Origin: Botryllus schlosseri
Taxonomy: Eukaryota
Assembly: GCA_051294905.1 (NCBI GenBank)
Contig: CM119380.1
Location: forward strand, 20,646,001 to 20,710,000
Length of the DNA stretch: 64,000 bases
Direction: 5' to 3'
In this document: positions 60,999 through 64,000 of the stretch, in pieces
Layout: each line of letters starts with the position of its first letter
How positions within the stretch are numbered: the stretch's first letter is position 1
Notes under the pieces: model-generated
Database searches by the model: none
What the model was told of the DNA's origin: nothing
What the model saw: only the letters and a program-made list of their open reading frames with translations
Translations under genes and position numbers: made by a program

Positions 60999-63329
60999 CA
61001 GACATGGGGTGATTACTTCATGAATGTAATCGATTGCGATTACGATTACTTCTGAATGACGCGATTACGATTACGATTACAGCAAAATCAGGGAGTAGTC
61101 GATTGCGATTACGATTACATTGGAAAAGTAATCACGATTACTCACGATTACATTTATTTTGTATCTTAGTAGTTATATCGGAAGACAATATGTGGATTGC
61201 GCTGAAAAGGCCTAATGAGATAACAAACTTCCTTTAAAAAAAGATGCGTCATTGGCTTGTTACGTCATGGTGTACTGATTGCCCATTTTTATAGAGGTCG
61301 ATTTATCGCACCCAACGATTTGCATTCTTGCCAGGTCCATAACCGCCGGCCCCCAAATTTCCCAACAGGGTAGGGAGGGAGATCGAAGGGGACTCAAAAG
61401 TATTTCGTGAACCAACGTAAATTATACAGTCTTTCGAGACATTTAAATAACTTGAAAATTCTCTCTGGATAGCTTGATTTTGAAAAGCATACGTCTCCCC
61501 TTAAAAAAGTCATACATAATTTATACTAGGGTTGTATTTAAAACAAATAATTGTTTAAAACACTTTGTTTAAAACATGTTTTAAACGGTGTTTTAAAAAC
61601 AAAGGCTTAAAAAAACTAAATAGGGTTTTTAAAGTTATTACATTATGCCATAATTGTGTAAACACTTTCCAAAAAACATTTTGTATGAGCCTACGGACAA
61701 TTACCACCCGATTTGGCCGACGTACATCGATATGGGATGGTTGGAACCCTCAAAATAGTCTGTTCAACAGTTATAGTCCAGATATTTCGTCATATGAGCT
61801 ATATTTACCCTATATTTTCAATTGTCAATATCAATCCCCTAGGACGTCACAATTTTATATTCGTGACGTCGTGGTTAAAAAAAACATTTTTAAACAAGGG
61901 CCTTGTTTTAAACATGTCTGTTTTAAATTGATTTTTGTTTTAAATGCAACCCTAATTTATAGTAATAGGCATTTAGGTGCCAGTCAATACCGTGCCACGA
62001 CACACCAAAAGATATACGCAGTTTCGACCCACATGCGACTTCACGAAGTGTGCTACTAAAGAAAGACCTTGGTCGAAACTTAGGGTATGTGTCCATTGTC
62101 AATAGCCACGCTGGGTGGACGTGACTAATAGTACGGTCCTTCCAATCTAATCTCATAATGCAAATGCCCCCCGGGAACCCACGGGGTTTTAAAGACGTGA
62201 CAATTTGTGTGTGCGTATCACCAAACTTCTTGCGCCACTTTAATATCCTTTGATTATATAACAGACCAGAGGTCACGAATTAACAACATAAATTAAAGTA
62301 ATTATAACAAGATATCGGACGTTATAATTATGAATTACGTGCTCCCAGCTCTACAGGTAAATCTGGCCATCGGGGCTGAGAGAGGATTAAAAATTAATAT
62401 TAATATAATGCAATAATTATTAATATTGACGAAATTCAGTCTTCAACTTGAAAATACCACCCTATGGGGCCAAAGACCAAAGTTTGGAATCTGGAACGAA
62501 TTGCTGATTAGGTCGCACGTTTCAAGTAGAGTCAAATGAGAATAAGATGCCGCCGGGACCCGATTAAGCGAACATAAAATTATGCCTTCAACTTCATACA
62601 GATAATGTACTGCAAGCTGCCGTTACGGGAAACGGCAAAGACGGCTCGGTTATGATATATATCATTAGCTGTTGATTTTCACTGCTTCCTTGCGGAAACC
62701 GTAATGTTTTATTTGGCGAGTACAAAATTGCAAATCTTTGTCCGGTGTACGTACGTAGTGCATAGGCCTACTGCTCGCCAAGAAGCAACGGTCAAACTGC
62801 GTTTAACTAAGCAATAAACATAGCCAAACATCAATACATAAGTTACTATTTTGAACTAGGCAGAGTGGAAATTAATTATCCTGCTGCGAGGGAGTGGCGT
62901 GTGGAACGTGTTGATAACCTGATATACAGCACGGCGGGTGTTCTTACAATCACACTAATGTAGGCTACGTACATCGGATATCTATTTACTGTGGATACTT
63001 ACGCAATGACGAGCAAAGCTAATATGCTACTTCTGACGTAACAATGAGCAATAGCATTTGGAAATCAAACGTGTGTGCTATCGCGAACCTGGTATAATAT
63101 CTCTTGGTATGTTCACGAATGTTCAGTTATGTCATCGTCCTTGTAAAAATAAAAAAAAGTAATCGTTCTTTCACTGAAATCGATTAGATATGCCAATTAG
63201 TCGATTACGATTACGATTACGATTACTTTGGAATTTTTTCGAATGTAATCGATTGCGATTACGATTACTTGAAAATGCTGTAATCGTCGTAATCGATTAC
63301 GATTACTAATCGCGATTACCCCATGTCTG
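60999..63329. mobile_element. 2.33-kb non-autonomous hAT-type element with subterminal (GATTAC)n arrays
   Basis: TIR CAGACATGGGGT...ACCCCATGTCTG; perfect 8-bp TSD ATTCTGAT; GATTAC arrays at about 61030-61160 and 63200-63315; no transposase ORF. Confidence 0.92.
61527..61954. mobile_element. hAT-type MITE nested inside the 60999 element
   Basis: TIR TAGGGTTG(T/C)ATTTAAAACA; TSD ATTTATAC/ATTTATAG (7 of 8); TTTAAAAC subterminal repeats. Confidence 0.85.
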
Positions 63330-63778
63330 ATTCTGATTATCATATAGTATCCGTGAATATATTCTCAAGGCGGTAGTATCGTAGTATAATGTGACGCGTC
63401 ACTTGTCATTAAAACTTTTTGGGGTTAATAGATCAGAAAAGGGCATCGGTTCGCTGGCGCAGCTGTGGCGTTTCTACGCAATCAATTTGGAAACACATGA
63501 GTTAATCTTACCTCTAAGTCCATTGAATGGGATCCATCTTTGTTGAACCATCGCAAGATCTTATTTAAACACGGATAATAGATAATTTGGGGATGCTCTA
63601 TTCTGTTCGAATCGAAAGGGAGCGTGAATTTTCGGACCGTCTGCGTTTCGGATTTGTACATCCCTTCATTTCAATACGAATATACTATTCAATTGTATAT
63701 TGAAGTTCTGTACCTCCAATAACCTCTTCCAACTCTGAGTAAACAAACAGACGTATAAAGGTTGTGTGTTATTCGCAG

Positions 63779-63906
63779 GCTGATCACGGAGCACCAAACA
63801 TTCCAAGACGACATGCTGCAACACCAACCCAACTACGAGAAGTTATCGAAAACGGTCCGGCGTAAACCTCAAAGGGCGGACGCTATGAAGAAACGAAAAA
63901 GCGGAG
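63779..63906 (+). CDS. MACF1: Spectraplakin rod exon (last repeats before EF hands)
   Basis: LITEHQTFQDDMLQHQPNYEKLSKTVRRK; phase 2-1. Confidence 0.9.
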
Positions 63907-63966
63907 GTAATCGCTCAGCGGTTGGTTATTCTTTTATCAAAGTACTAACTATATGTGCTTTGACAG

Positions 63967-64000
63967 ATCTCTTACAAGAGGAAGACACGCCGGGATCGCA
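63967..64000 (+). CDS. MACF1: Spectraplakin exon, truncated by window end
   Basis: GACAG|AT CTC TTA CAA..., phase 1, after a 60-nt intron. Confidence 0.65.
   Translation, partial: MSYKRKTRRDR

Larger units (their letters stand above)
3..64000 (+). other. MACF1: Spectraplakin gene (MACF1/dystonin/shot ortholog), partial: plectin-repeat cassette plus spectrin-repeat rod; both ends lie outside the window
   Basis: About 70 GT-AG exons join in frame. Peptides match hallmark MACF1/DST rod motifs, e.g. DLRYLGMTSKRFTDAAK, ALLSCGRFQDVLSSLTSWL, GGLPETALEQL, KYFSQKQDGILIKNLLLSV, DWLYKVEPLVAGDSPVHGD, LKHWLTVLQSRWDEVVTWAQQH and LITEHQTF (compared from memory). MACF1 versus DST orthology cannot be resolved; it is probably the single pre-duplication gene. 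Confidence 0.93.

Noticed and set aside
61028-61160. GATTAC and GACTCG arrays as CRISPR-like or regulatory repeats
   Set aside because: Eukaryotic context, no unique spacers, and the arrays are subterminal repeats of TIR/TSD-bounded transposons.

Overview
Eukaryotic (animal) genomic DNA, AT-rich, with many 54-70 nt GT-AG introns. The compact introns and strong resemblance to vertebrate MACF1/dystonin suggest an invertebrate chordate, probably an ascidian (inference). Nearly the whole window is the interior of one plus-strand spectraplakin gene (MACF1/DST/shot ortholog). I traced about 70 exons with consistent splice phases. They encode a 10-exon plectin-repeat cassette (3078-11085) and most of the spectrin-repeat rod, ending just before the EF-hand/GAR tail, which lies beyond the window. 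The CH/plakin N-terminus is upstream and not in view. The unusual part is the isoform architecture. (1) An intronic first exon MGNSCCSC... (24263) carries a myristoyl/palmitoyl plus polybasic signature and splices in phase into the rod. (2) A second acylation-type start, MGGCCCG (3582), sits inside the giant plectin-repeat exon. (3) A five-exon, 888-aa disordered same-strand cassette (46319-50056) has its own ATG, stop and AATAAA, and its phases also allow joining to the rod at either end. (4) Two symmetric microexons fall in a basic rod insert. Introns hold an intact tRNA-Arg(CCT) and many non-autonomous DNA transposons: hAT-type with 8-bp TSDs, a 594-bp foldback with a 7-bp TSD, a Tc2/pogo-like element and several nested insertions. 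No transposase ORF, CRISPR array or prokaryotic feature is present. Exon boundaries were read by hand, and homology statements rely on remembered MACF1/DST sequence, not on a database search.
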